Below, piece after piece: positions 39,126 to 52,880 of a stretch of DNA of 64,000 nt. How positions within the stretch are numbered: the stretch's first letter is position 1; every line of letters begins with the position of its first letter. The translations under genes and the position numbers were made by a program. The DNA comes from Geosiphon pyriformis uo1 (Eukaryota; Fungi; Glomeromycota), in assembly GCA_016748015.1 (NCBI GenBank), contig JAAOMT010000697.1:752868-816867 (forward strand), written 5' to 3'. Below the pieces are notes generated by a model, which saw nothing but the letters and a program-made list of their open reading frames with translations, was not told where the DNA came from and did no database searches.

Positions 39126-42100
39126 CTAAGCACCTATATGAACAGAAACCTTACCCCCTATGCCAAAAAAAAACAAACAAAACTTATGGAATCCAAAACT
39201 GACACCAATCGCCTCAGCAACACCCAGCAGCTGAGTCACACCAGATGACAGCCCTAAAGAAAGCCCAGAAATCAAGACAGGAACTGACCCATTACATGGA
39301 ATAAGCCCATTCTTTTCCATAAAAGCACGGTGCTTGGCACAAACCAACCAAATGTCTTCCCAAAAAGCCAAGCTAAACTCATGCACAAAGGCCATAATAG
39401 TCTGACCCACTATCCTGGAATCCTTGAAAACAGAAACAGACTCATGAAACCAATCCTTGAAAACAAAACCTTTGCATAGAGCAATACTAACTGAAATGTC
39501 AGATACACAAGTAGACATCAGCTAAGAAAGAATAAGCCAAACCAGAGCGCACACCCCAAACTGCTGCATAAGTGTCCAACAACTGAGCACGACCATTGGC
39601 ATCAAATGAACAAGAAAACACATGGTCTGAGACCTCAACATCACCGCAAAACAAACATGTCACACTGGGTATCACTTATCATAAAACCACTTACGCACGG
39701 CAACAGAGAGCCGATGGTGCAATGCCTTCATAAAGTAAGTCTGAAAGCCAGCAGTCTGCTTGTTAGTGAAGTCAGCAGCCATGTGAGAATCCGGATGCCA
39801 AACCAGCAATAACCTAAACCAATCAATATTTGTGCACAGACTATTCACCACCACTCTCATACCACAACTGATTTCCCAATGTGCACAATAAACTGACCAA
39901 AAAATATCCCGAACAAAATGTCTAGAATTACCAGAAATGGCTGCTCCCCCACCTCTAAGATAGCGTTCATTAACAGAATGAGGCAAATGCCAACCAGAGA
40001 GAGCTGCAGCCCTGGCCAACTTATCAGCTCGTTCATTACCTAAAACTCCTGAATGTTCTTTTACCTTACACCAATTAACTTTTAAATTCTTATGATGAAT
40101 GACATTAACAATATGGCGGCATTCAATCCAACACTGATTCCTAAAATCTGGGCGAACCAATTCTATTTCCAACTTGCAAGCATTCAAAGCAGCCTGACTG
40201 TCTGAGAACAAGTCGACCGAGCGAGAAAAAGGGACGCACTTAAATGCCAGAGCAATAGTCTGCAGTTCCGCCAAGGTAGAAGACATCAAACCAGATACTC
40301 CCACACCCAAACCCATACCAATGTCCTCAAAGAAAACAGCAGCCCTAGCTTTCATATCAACAGTCCCTAAATCACTTAGAGATCCATCTGTGTAAACGGA
40401 AAGACGACCAACATTAGAATTGAATAAACCGGCACCAATAATGCCAAACTCATGAGACTGAAGAACATCTGAAGAGCCGCAATCAGCCGAAAGTGTGGAG
40501 CAGACAGGAAGAGAAGACACACCACCAAGAAAATGAACCAACAGCTCAAACCAGACAGGAATCAGACCATGTAGGTCTAACCGTTTCCACCGTTTGAAGG
40601 TTTTCCACTTGAAAACAGCCCCATTTCGGTCTCATAGCTGGTCTACGAAAGCAATCTCATAATGCTGAAGTGACGAAACACTCTTGACATAATTTGATTT
40701 ACCAAGAACAAGAGACATAGGGGTTTCACCCCAATGACGAAAAGCGCTAGGCAGAAAGCCACCCAATAACAAATCACACCCAGAGAAAATATGCACCACA
40801 CCTGCCAGAAAATTGTTTAGAGAATTGACCTTGACACGAACCGGACACTGCAAAAGATGTAGTGGGTGCCACCAGAGGACCTGAAGATCATGTAACTGGT
40901 AAGAAAATAGATGCCCCAAAATTTCAACAGAGTTCGCGAAGGAAACGACCAAAGCCATCTTGCTCTCAGCTTGAACTTGTTCAAAAGTCTTCAAACCATA
41001 CAGAGAGGGATGATGAATCACATCATTGGGAAAATCACATGGCAAACCAGACTTAGATCTCAAGCCCTTACGAATCAAAGTGTCCCACTTTCCACAAGCA
41101 CTAATAGGAACGTAACTGAACTGTGTCCTATATTCAATGATAAAAAAGAGGACCGCTGAAACCAAATATGAAAATTGCTTATCAGATACCGCCTTTCTCA
41201 GGACTAAATTAGAAAAAAACCAGACATCAGAATGCACCTTAGCCAAGCTAGGCTTCGAAAGACCCTCAGTTGACAAATAGATCCCCAAATAGTGATGCGA
41301 TTCCCCCTTCTTGGCAATAGAAATGGGTGATCTGCTGATCAGCAAAAAGGAAGCCATACCATCACAATTAATGGGAATGGCAACAGTCTTATTATTATTA
41401 ATTGAGATGTCATTGATACTGAAAAATTCACTAGCAATGTTGAGAATGTGTTGTGTGGCACTTTGACTGCTGTCAACCTAAATAGTATCATCAACAAAGG
41501 CACCTGTTGTGAAAAATGAGGATACACCGGCCCGAGACTCAGCACAACCACATCCAGAAATAAAATAAGAATTCAATCTATAATCACACCCATCTGCCTG
41601 TCTTTTAACTTCATATAAAAGGGGATCATAAAATATGCGCCAGAGAAGCGGTAAGAACACCTCTCCCTGGTCCAAGCCATCATGCACTTCGTATCTGTCC
41701 ATCAAACCAAAATCTGTCATAACTCTGTTAACATAACCATTGTGGATGCCGCCAAAGAACCTAATGAATCTGCAACACATCTTTATCCTAACCAAACTGT
41801 CCCGAAAGTGTTCCCACCCAACAGAATCATAAGCCTTCCACATGTCTTGTAAGACCAACCAGAGCTCACGATTCTTCTCCAAAGCATCCTCAATAACTGA
41901 ACCAATGGCAAAAATGGGAAACTGTGTTGCTGTACCCTTTAAAACCAAAAAATTGTCCCCATACAGAACGTCAAAAGTACTACAAGCCAATGAGATCTTA
42001 TCTGAAAGAATCTTGGAAAGAATCTTGTGGGCAGTCTCAATCAAGGCAATAGGTCGGGTGTTCGTAAGAACTCCTTCTCACTTATATGGCTTAGGGATCA

Positions 42101-43802
42101 TTGAGACCCAGGCTTCTTTCCAAGCACTAGGTATTGACTCACAAATCAAACAAAAATTTAAAAGTACCAAAAGCATGTCCAAAATTGATCTGTCACAGTG
42201 TTTCCAGAGCTCGTTCAAAATCTCAAAGAGACCAGCAGCCTTGCCCTTAGGCAGACCAGAAACCACACTAAACAACTCATTGAAACCAACAGGATTCATC
42301 ACACCAGAAAATGCACTATTGAAAACATGCTCCAAAGACATGTATTGGCAAGACCAAATATCAGAGATATCTGGCGCCACCTTGTGCTTCCTGTTCCAGC
42401 CTTTCATGATCCCATCCATCCTAGCCTTGACCAAGCTGGGCTCCAAAATCAACTCGTCACCCACAACCAGATGATCTAGTACCACTTTGCGAAAGGGATG
42501 CTCCAAAACACTTCTGATAGTGTGACCCTTGTCTAATTCAAAACTTTCCATCCTTCTATCAATAGCCGCCCTAATATGGGATTCTTCAGCGTGTTTGGAT
42601 TCTAGCAACTTAGCAAAGCGGTAAGACTTCCTCGCCTTAGCCAGAGCTGAGCGAATCCTGTCAAAACTGGAACTTGAAAGAAATAAAGACTTCATTTTCG
42701 AAGCATCATTGACATCGAGCTTCTCCCACGTATTCAACAACGATGCAAATTCCACATTAGACAACAAACGAGACGCCTTGACCAGCTTGAATACCAACAA
42801 CTCAAGCTTGTGAAATTTAGAAGAACTCTTGGTAAAAACCTCATCATAACCCTTAAACCATTTCTTTTTGAATGTTCCAACTGCTGAGAGAACCATTACT
42901 TTGCATATAATGTTTCACATAGCATCCAAATCTGAAGATTCTGCTGAAGCAGCAAAATCACTCGAGAATGTTAGGCCATTGGCCAATGTAGCATCCTTAA
43001 AATTGTTCCACCCTTTCTCGCCAGTATTTCCGAAATCGAACTTCCAATAATCTTTATTAGCCTGCTTGCACATCGAATTCAGCTAAAAGTCAAGCAAGCC
43101 ACTCAAGCCCACAGAAACAGAAACAGCCTTATGATCAGTATTGAAAAAGTTCTCAACACCAGTCACATCATGATCCACCACAGTATTGATCAAGCTTGAA
43201 GAGACAAACATATAGTCAATAGTCTTGACAACACCACGAGAGTTACCCCATGTCAGTGTCTTTGCAAGCACACTTCCAGCCAAGACATTAACCAGACCCA
43301 GATCAATGCACTTTTTGAAACTAGCACTCTTATGAACGCCATCCTCATTGAAGTCGCCACCCAAAACCACAAAAGATGATTCATTTATCACCTTAGCAAT
43401 CAAAGAATTGATGTCGCCAGCCTGTAAGAATCGGACACCTGAAGAGGCACCAGTGTAGAGACCCAAAACAGAAACTGAAAGTTTATTTTTGAAGAGAAGT
43501 CTGATGGAGAGGAGCCGACCGGGCACCTCAGAAACCTTGAAAACATGCCTTGCCAAAGAATTGTTCATGACAATTGCCACACCAGAACCAAGATAACCAA
43601 AATCCAAACCAGAAGTGAAGACTCGAACACCATCGAATTTGGTAGTAATCCAAGACTAAACTTTATCTTTCAACTTTGTCTCAGTAACAATTGAAACTAA
43701 ATTGTTCAAATCTCTGTGCCAACGTATAATGTCCTCTTACTTTGCTAAATTGTTCATTCCCCTGACATTACACATGGCTATTTTCTATACTAAATCATTC
43801 AT
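39126..43802 (-). pseudogene. LINE ORF2 (1559 codons): APE endonuclease, RT, RNase H, C-terminal Cys/His motif
   Basis: CNVRG, GGDFN, IDY and TDH (APE); QDMWKAYDSV, GLDQG, FVDD and YLGI (RT); YTDGS, AEL, SDSQ and GNERAD (RNase H); no net frameshift, disrupted by stops. Confidence 0.93.
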
Positions 43803-45643
43803 TAAGGTACAAAAAAGACCACAGAATCTGAGCCAGCACACATCTGATCTAACTTCTCTAATACTGAACTAACCAAAACTTCAAGAGCCACCATCTTTGA
43901 CTCTAAGCAGCCCACTTTTGAAGTCAGAATTTTTGAACTACTCGAACCCAACCTTGAGGCACCAGAGGAAATCAAAGAAGGAGGATCAACCACAGAATCA
44001 GGTTCATCCAAAACCATATCCGAACCAAATTTCGTATCAACTGAACCAGGAGCAACCAAGGGCTGAGAAGAGGAGGTGAGAGCCAAGGGCACCAGGCTTA
44101 AACTGTCAAGTTTGCCAACAATACTGGACATCTTATTCATGAGAAGTTCCAAAGAGCACTCCAGAGAAGTGAGATGAGTTTCCAAAATTGAACTAACAGG
44201 ATCTGCAAGAGACGAGTTACCAACCAAACCTGAGGCGCCAAGAGAAGAGCCAAAATCAGGACCAGAACCAAAGTGAGAACTATTAAATGAAGATGCTAGA
44301 TAGACAACCTGGACCCATGATTTGCTGCCAAATGCAGCCAGTCTGGAAATAGGCACACTCTTTTTTGCATATAGCTTGGCCAACTGAAGGCGGTTCTCAT
44401 CAGAGACAACCTTTTTTTTAAATGACTTGAAAAGTTTAGGAGAATGTGAGACCTCAGCATCACACTCCAGAACTGAATGACCAAGTTTCCCACACCGTTC
44501 ACACCAAACCAGATCCAATCTAGCCCAAGAAAGTTTCACCCCACCAAAAACAGGCTCTGTACAAAACGCAGACTCCAAATTCTTGTTATTTTCAAAACAA
44601 ATTACAGCACAACGAATCTTATTGCCAGTGTCTAAAGAATAATTTATGACACAAGTTTTCCCACCAGCCCCTGCCAAAAGATTGCCAAGATCATGAGCCG
44701 TTGTTCCCATTGGCAAAGTAAACAAAAGCACCTTATACCAATCTCTAGATGCCCACGTCTCACGATCCTGCACAGCCTTGGCCACACGCACTGAATTTTT
44801 CTCAATTAAGAATGACCACTTAGCTGCCAACTGATCTGCCTGACTTGATTCGGCAAACTCCACCACAGCCTTTTGCCACAGCCCAATGAATTGCAATCAG
44901 ATTGACACCACTTGACCAAATTCAGACACTGTGGCAATGATCATTTTTTTTGGCGTATCCATGAGAATTTCCTTGATGACCACTGCCCGATCTGAATGAA
45001 CTCCTTGTCTCTTAAGATTGCTGTTTACCATGATATCATTTTTTCTGGCCAATGAGGTGGCCTTTTCCATGCTTTCTGATGAAGTGAACGTCGATCTGAT
45101 AATCCCTTCAAATTTTGAGGGGGTAGTGGCCCCCCCAAAACCATTGATTCTTGAAAATAATTTCCTTACAACTTGAGTTTTAGCCATTGCCAATTTCCCT
45201 TCCACAGCTGAAAGATTGATGTCCAAAGCAAAAGATTTCTTCACAGCTATTTCCACCTGAGTTTTAACAATTTTGGAGTCCATTCACACCTTTTCCAAAG
45301 AAAAAGACAAATGGAAAGGAAGAGAAACTTCCTCTTCATCATCCATGTCATAATTAATAGAGCCAAGAGGGGAACCGATAGCCACACCAGTATTGAAATG
45401 CTTCGCATTGGGCATATTCATTTGGAAGTCAGAGGTGACTTTACCATCAAAGGCTTCTCCATCTGTATTCATGCTAGTAGGTTGCCTATCTACACTAACA
45501 GGTCCACCATCTTTGAGATTCTTATCCGTACTTGAAAGTTTAACACCACTGAGAGGCTTTTTGACTTTTTGAATTAAATCACTACCAACTGAACCAACAG
45601 TCGAGACTCTGGCAGACTTTTTCTTAGCACTAGGATTACTCAT
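43802..45643 (-). pseudogene. LINE ORF1 (614 codons), gag-like with a CCHC knuckle
   Basis: Three contiguous in-frame ORF pieces; CERCGKLGHSVLEC; RRM-like segment; C-terminal heptad-rich region. Confidence 0.9.
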
Positions 45644-47984
45644 AGTGGCAGCCAGGCCAACAACAAAAGAGTTTGATTCTTGTGAAATATTGGAAGACAG
45701 TATGCAAAAACAGAAAAAACTACTTTCAAAATTTGACTCTTTTTCAAGAATTTGGGACGAAGGAGAGAAAGAAGTTTTTTTGCTTTAGAATTTTTTGTTT
45801 AATCAAAAAAATTATTATTTTAAAAAACACATTTAAGATTAATTTAATTTATTTTTTTTATAATTATACTGTTTTTAAAATTAGTAATTTGATTTCTTAA
45901 GTTGATAATTATATATTATTTTTTGCTTTTTTAATTTTTATAGTTGTTAATACTTTATTATTATAATTTTTGAATTTTTAAAAATTTTAAATTTAATTAT
46001 TGTAAAAACTAGTATTTTGTGTAAATATTATATTTGATAAAAAATCTTTAAATATTATTATTGCTATAAATATTAAAAGTTAAATTATTTAAGTTTAGAT
46101 TATATAATATTGTTGTTTTTTTTTAAAGTTTTTTTTAAGTTTGTTAATATAAAATTCTATATTAAAGCTTTTGTTTTTTTAATTTTTTTTGTTGTTATAT
46201 TTTTAGCTATTTTTATTATTAATTTTGTGTTTAAATTTAGATTAAATTCTTTAAAATTTCAGATTTTAGACTTGGTTATTTTAATTAAGTTTGTTGTTAA
46301 ACCAATTAATTTATTGGTTATTTTATTATTATATTAAATACTTTTTTTGTTTTATATAAGAAACTAAAAAATATAATTATTATAACTTAAAATAAAATAT
46401 CTGTTTTTAATAAAACTTTGAATAAGTTTTTTATAAATATGATTTAAATTAATTACTTTTTAAAAGCATTAATTAATTAGTATTAAGTTAAATTCAGATA
46501 AAATTGTTAAATAATTAAGTAGTATTATTATAAATAGTAATATTTTAATTGTAATTTTATATAAAATATCTTTTTAAAGTAATTTTTTTTTAAATTTAAT
46601 GTAATTTAGCTTAAACTAAATTTGTATTTAATTATATATAAAAAATATGTAAATTATATTTAATTTAATTTATTGTATTAAATAAAAAAATTGGTAAATT
46701 AATTTATTTTTTTTGTTAAATTTACTTTATAACATATACAATTATATATAAAATTTTAATATTTATTTATTAATAATTCTAATAAATATTAATTTAATTA
46801 AAATAAAAAATAAATTTTTTTTATACAAAATTAAATATAAATTATATATTTAATTTTTTATTATGTTTTAATAATTTATAGGATTTTATAATTAAAAAAC
46901 ACTTTATTGTGAACAAATTCGAATATTATGATTCTGTTTTTTACAAATTTTATATTTATGTACTTAAATTTAAGAAAAAATATTTTTAACAATTTTAAAT
47001 TAAAATAAATTTTATTAAATAGATAATTTTTAATAAGCAATATTTTGTTTAAAATAATTTAAAGTACTTAAAAAATATTTTTGAGTTTGTTGATTAAAAA
47101 GATTTTTAATTGCAAAAGATGTAATTAAAATTTAAATTAATTAAGTATATTTTTTAAAAATATGTCTGTTTATTATAAATAGTTTTTAAAATTACATATT
47201 GTTTAAGATTTTTTTGTTATAATGTTATTAAAATTTTTTTTGGTATAATACTTGTACTTAATATTTGTAAAACTAATATTTTTGTTTAAATTTAAGTTAT
47301 TAAGCAGTAAAATATTTAGCAATATTATTAAATAATTCATAATTATATTTAGTATTGTGAATTGTTAAATACTAGTGTTTATTAACTTTAAGTAATTATT
47401 TATATATAGTAAAAAAACAGTTTGTTAATTAAGTTACTATTCTTTGTTATTAATCTTTTAATATAAATTTTTTAGAAGTATATTTATTTTTTTAATCATA
47501 TTTAAAGATAATATAAGTATTATTTTTAATAAAGCATTATTTTGTAATTATATATTTTTGAAAATATGTAAAAATATTAAATTTTTATATTATTATTTTA
47601 TAAAAATTATATAATATTTCTAAAAATAGTAATATTATATAAATATAATTTATAATATTATAAAAAGATGTAATTATTTGTAAAATTAAAAAAAAACTAA
47701 TTAAAATTTTTTGATTATAAACTTATTAATATATATATAATTAAATATAAACTTATAATATAAATAATATTATATAATAAAGATTGATTAATTTAGCAAA
47801 AAAAATAAGTTAAATTATATGTTAAATTTATTAAAATAAAAATATATTAATATTAAATTATTATTTTGTTTAAATTATTAATGTTATAGTAAAATCATAA
47901 AATAATATAAATTCTTTAATTATAATATAATATAATTATAAAAACTAAAAAAATAATAATTTATATAATAGCAATTACAAAATA

Positions 47985-48570
47985 ATATTAATAATATATA
48001 TATATATATAATAGTTTTAATTTAAAAAAAAATTATCTTCTATTCTTTTAGTTTCTATTAATAATTATTTATATTTTTAAATAAATGTTTAAATAAATTT
48101 TTAATTAAAAAAATAAAAAATAATATTAAAAACAAAATCATTATAATAAAAGTATTAAAACTTATTTGTATTATTTATTAAATAAAACTATTATTTGTTA
48201 ATTAAACTTATTAAATGAATAATTTTTGATTAAAATTATTTATATTATTATTAATTAATTGTAAAATTAAAAAAAACACTAAAACATTATTAATATTTTA
48301 TGTTTTTAGATTAAAAAATACTTTAAACAATTGCAAAAATAAGATTTTAATAATAACAAATAGATTTTAAATTAACTTTTAAGAAAAAACACATAAAATA
48401 CACAATAATAATTAAGATTAAAAAATAACTTACATTATAATATTAAAAAAAGTTTTCATTATAATATCAGTATAATTATATTTTTAGAATTGAAAAATTT
48501 ACAAGAAATTAATTATAATAAAATCGAAAGTATTAATAATTAATATACCAAAAAAACACTCTTATAATAT
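47985..48570 (+). repeat. Second copy of the AT-rich repeat at 36840-37450
   Basis: Same colinear blocks as the partner copy. Confidence 0.6.
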
Positions 48571-49244
48571 TAACAACTTTTTCGAAAATATTAATATTTT
48601 TTTAATTACAAAAATCTTTTTTTTTTTTTAATATCTAAAAAAACACTAATTAATTTTGTAATTAAGACAACTAAAATATTAATAAATTTAATAACAAATT
48701 TAATTAACAAAACTAACTTAGTTAACTCAAATTCCAAAAAAATCAACTTGGTATTAATTATTAATTTTAATAATATTTAAAAAACAATTATTAATTATCA
48801 AATAAATAATATTACAAAAATTAAAATAATTTATATTAAAATTATATTTTAGTTTTTATATAATTTTATTGCTTAAATTTTGGTTATAAAAAAAATATTA
48901 TGTTTTTTATGTAAAATTGGTATTTAAAATTAAACTTGTTAATTTTTTTGAATATTTTTATTAATAATATTAAAAATGGTTTTATATTTTTGGTAAAATT
49001 ATTAATTTTAAATTAAAGTTTACTGAATTATAATAATATATTATAATTTAATTTAAGTTATTTAAAGTTTTTAAAATTGTTTTTGCTTGTTAATTAATTT
49101 TAATAAAAAAATAATATTTAAATTTTTAATTAAAAAAAAGTTATTGTTTTTTATAATATATTTAAAATTAAGCCAATTAATTTTTATTGTTTTTGAAGTT
49201 AATAATATAATTTATAAGAATACTTAGTTTGTTTGCAATTGTAC

Positions 49245-51945
49245 TTTCAACAATTTTTATTTGCCTGTTTGCGAACAAAATTTAAGTAGACATTGAGCAA
49301 ACCATCCAAACCTACCAACACTGAAACAGCCTGATGATCAGTATCAAAGTATTCCTCAATACCAAACATGCTATGACTCACTATTGTGTTGACCAAGTTC
49401 AAAGAAATGAGCACATAATCTATTGTCTTGACAACATCTCGAGAATTGAACCAAGTTGGCAATTTCCCACAAGAACTCTCATCCAAGGCATTAACCAAAC
49501 TAAAATCCAGACATTTTTTGAAACTTGCACACTTACGAAAACTGTCTTCATTAAAATCACCTCCGAGAATGACAAAAAAAGATTCATTAACAGCTTTTGC
49601 TATAAGAGAATTGATATTGCCTGTCTGAGAAAACTGGGTCATTGAAGAGATATCAGCATAAAGTCCCAAAATTAACACAGAAAGATTATTCTTGAAAAGC
49701 AATTTAATAGACAAAAGCCAACCAGACACCTCCGAAACTTTACACACATGTTTTGCCAAAGAAAAGTTTATAACAATCACAACACTAACACCCAGATAAC
49801 CAGAATCTAAACCAGAGGTAAACACCCACACACCATCAAATTTATTGACAATCCAGAGGCGAACTTTCCCTTTCAATTTTGACTCTGTAAAAATAGAAAC
49901 TAGATTGTTTTTTTCCTTATGCCAATGAATGATATCATCCTGTTTCGCAGGATTGTTTATTTCTCTAACATTACAAGTTGCAACTTTCTAGTTCATATTA
50001 CTCATTGAGAAGAAAGAGGGATAGAAACCAAACCAGTATTGTCTATTTTAGCTGAAAGACTCATAACTGTAATCGAAAGATTGTTTAATGTTTTCTCCAA
50101 TCTCAAGATAACCATAGAATTAAAAACCACCACTTCCACAACATTTTTACCACCAGTGGCCACACCCAAACCCTCACTCATCACTATATCCACCTCTTGA
50201 TTCTGTAATAAAGGAGTTACCAATGGCTAACATCCAGGGCTAAGCTGGAAAACCGTTGGCTCAGGTGTGTTCAACTTTATAGCCAGCATGTCAACATACT
50301 CTGCAAGGCTAACAAGACTGCACTCAAGAGTGGCAAACCTATCATTCAATTCCAAAAATATTAGTGGAGTAAGATTTATCTTCGAAGAGAAGCCAGCTCT
50401 CAATAAAACATTCCAAACAGAAGGAGAAGAGAAAGAAGACCCACCAGCAATTTGCACCCATGAAACACCACCAAAAGAAACAAGATGAGCAACTGGAACT
50501 GAATGTTTGACATAAATGACAGCCAGTCTGCTTTTATTTAAGTTCGAGAAGGTTTTTCTCAATGAAGCACCAAAAGGAATACTCTTTTTCCCACCAATAG
50601 AGCAAGCCAATAATGTATGGCCCAATTTCCCACATCTAGTACACTTGGCCAAAACAAGATGAAACCAGTGTAGATTAGCCCTTTTCAGCACTGGCGTGGT
50701 TTCTATAACAGCATCCAATAACTCAACAGAGTCAAAACAGACAGTAGTGCACCTGGCCCGGGCATAAGAAACTGGATGATGATCAATTACACAAGTTTTC
50801 CCACCCACTAAAGCAACATAATCCCAAATATCATATGCATTGGTTCCTATTGGCAAAGTGTACAAAAGAGCTTTGTAAACATTGCACACATTCCATGATT
50901 CTTTGTCTACATCAGATCTAGCAATGCACACAGCATCCTTCCCAATCAAGATAGACTAGCGTGCTGCAACCAAATCAGCATGCTTAACCTGTTCAAATTC
51001 AACCACAACTTTTTGCCACAGTCCCACCAATTGCATCTTAATTAACTTAATAATGCCAAACTCAGATAGTGCAGTGCGTACAGTCTTAGTTGAAGTACCA
51101 ATTGGAATTTTCTTTAATACCACAGCCCGATTCGAATGCCCAGATGGTTTTTTGGGATCGGAGTTTACCAAAATTTTCATCTTTTCAGCTTTTTTAGATG
51201 TCTGCACCAAACTCGATTTGAAAGTAAACATTGTTCTGACAATCTCAGCAAATTTTGAGAGAGTAAAGGCCCCCCCAAAACCATTGATTTTTGAAAACAA
51301 TTTTCTGACAACCACAAGTTTTTCCTAAGCAGATTTCTCAACAATATTATCTAAGCTGATGTCCAAAGCAAATGACTTTCTGACAGAAACATTGACCAAG
51401 TTCTTCAAAGGGGGAGAGAGAACCACAGATTTGTCCAAAAGTATATTATCAATATTATCACCCAAAAAGTTAATTTTCCCTAGTGGTTTTCCAAGTGCCT
51501 TTTTGGTGAGAATCTTCAAACTTTTAGGTGTTTGCTCTGAGTTCTTTCCAGCAAAGGCTTTACCATCCCCATGATCAAAGCTGGTTTCCTCAACTAGACA
51601 TTTCTCTTTCATATCCATACTATCAGATTCAATAGTATTACCAGTTTTAGAACCCCAAGAATAACCACTTGATACTTTAGCAGCAGCAAATTTTCTATTA
51701 CCAATATTATTCTTCAAAGCACTACTTCTTCTCTTCTTTCTGGGCTCAGCAGACTTGACACTAATATTAAAGCTAGGCTTCATAATAGATTTGTTTAGAA
51801 CTGCAATACTAAGACCAATGGTGGTCTTGTAATCAAGCACAAATGGTTTGGAATTAGTGTACTGAATGATGAAAAACAGAAAAAACTTCTTTCAAAAAAT
51901 TATTTTGGCTCTTTTTGAGAATTTGGGATGAATGAAAAAAAGAAG
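49245..51945 (-). mobile_element. 3'-truncated LINE of a related subfamily (5' UTR, ORF1 50002-~51840, APE part of ORF2)
   Basis: KSFALDI, INGFGGA, CTRCGKLGHTLLAC; APE motifs GGDFNE, IDY and TDH. Confidence 0.92.
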
Positions 51946-52736
51946 TTTTTTATTATCATAGTTTTTTAAAGTTTTTTGTTTTGTATTTATTAATGTTTTT
52001 TATTTAAATATATATAAAACTTAAATTTATTTAAGTTTTTTACAATAAATTAATATAAATAATAATAAGCTTAATAACTATTTTAAAAGCTAAATTCAAA
52101 AATATTTTAAAAATATTTTAATTAATCATACATATTTAAATTATTTTTTATTTTTTTATGTTTGTAATAAATTGTTATTGTTTTAATATTTTTATTAATA
52201 GTAACCAATTTTTTTTTCTGCATATAATAAATAAAAACTATATTAATAATAAAAATATTTTATAAAAGTTTATTATATTATTAAAAACACTAAAAATATA
52301 AATAAAAAATTTTTTTTAATAACAAAAATAAAAAAAATAAAAAATTTATTTTTATAATTTTAAGTTAATAAATATTATTAAGCAACTAATTAAAGTTTTA
52401 TTAATAAATATTTAACAAAAAGATTTTATTACTTGGTAATTATTATTTAATAATAACATCTACTTTATAAATTTTAATTATTCAAAAAAATTGTAATACA
52501 AAACAAAAATTCTATAATATAAGTAAAATTTTGTGTAAATAATATTAAAAAACTATTGTATTTTTGAAATAATCAATTAATATTAAAAACTATTACATTT
52601 ATTTATATTAATTTGTAATTTAATTATTTTCTTAAAACATATTATAATTTATAAAATTAGTTATTTACAAAATAAAACTAATTGTGTAATTATAGTGTTA
52701 CATTATTTTATTAGAAAGGCAAAATTTTAATGTTTT

Positions 52737-52747
52737 ACGCGTGACGT
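52737..52747 (+). promoter_or_regulatory. Overlapping MCB (ACGCGT) and CRE-like (TGACGT) motifs upstream of CDC16
   Basis: ACGCGTGACGT ~140 bp before the ATG, at the edge of a CpG-free AT tract; function not shown. Confidence 0.35.
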
Positions 52748-52880
52748 ATTTAACTGTTATCAATGATCTATCATGTTTAGCTGCCATCTCCGGGAGAGAG
52801 AAACTACATATATTTTGACCCTGCATTTAGACATTAGCTCTTTCTACTGTACCAGGTTTCTGTTAACTACTCAAAAAAAA

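Larger units (their letters stand above)
38991..45775 (-). mobile_element. Full-length non-LTR retrotransposon (LINE) with ORF1 and ORF2 (APE-RT-RNase H-Zn finger)
   Basis: Short 5' UTR, two ORFs, 3' UTR and poly(A); RNase H precedes the Cys motif as in I/Tad1-type elements (clade not established). Confidence 0.95.

Noticed and set aside
41842-42474. 210-aa plus-strand ORF and similar antisense ORFs over LINE, Gypsy and Med13 coding regions
   Set aside because: These are shadow ORFs opposite recognisable coding frames and carry no motifs.
45776-45800. Target-site duplication of the full LINE (TTAGAATTTTTT on both flanks)
   Set aside because: Low complexity and offset from the element end, so it cannot be supported.
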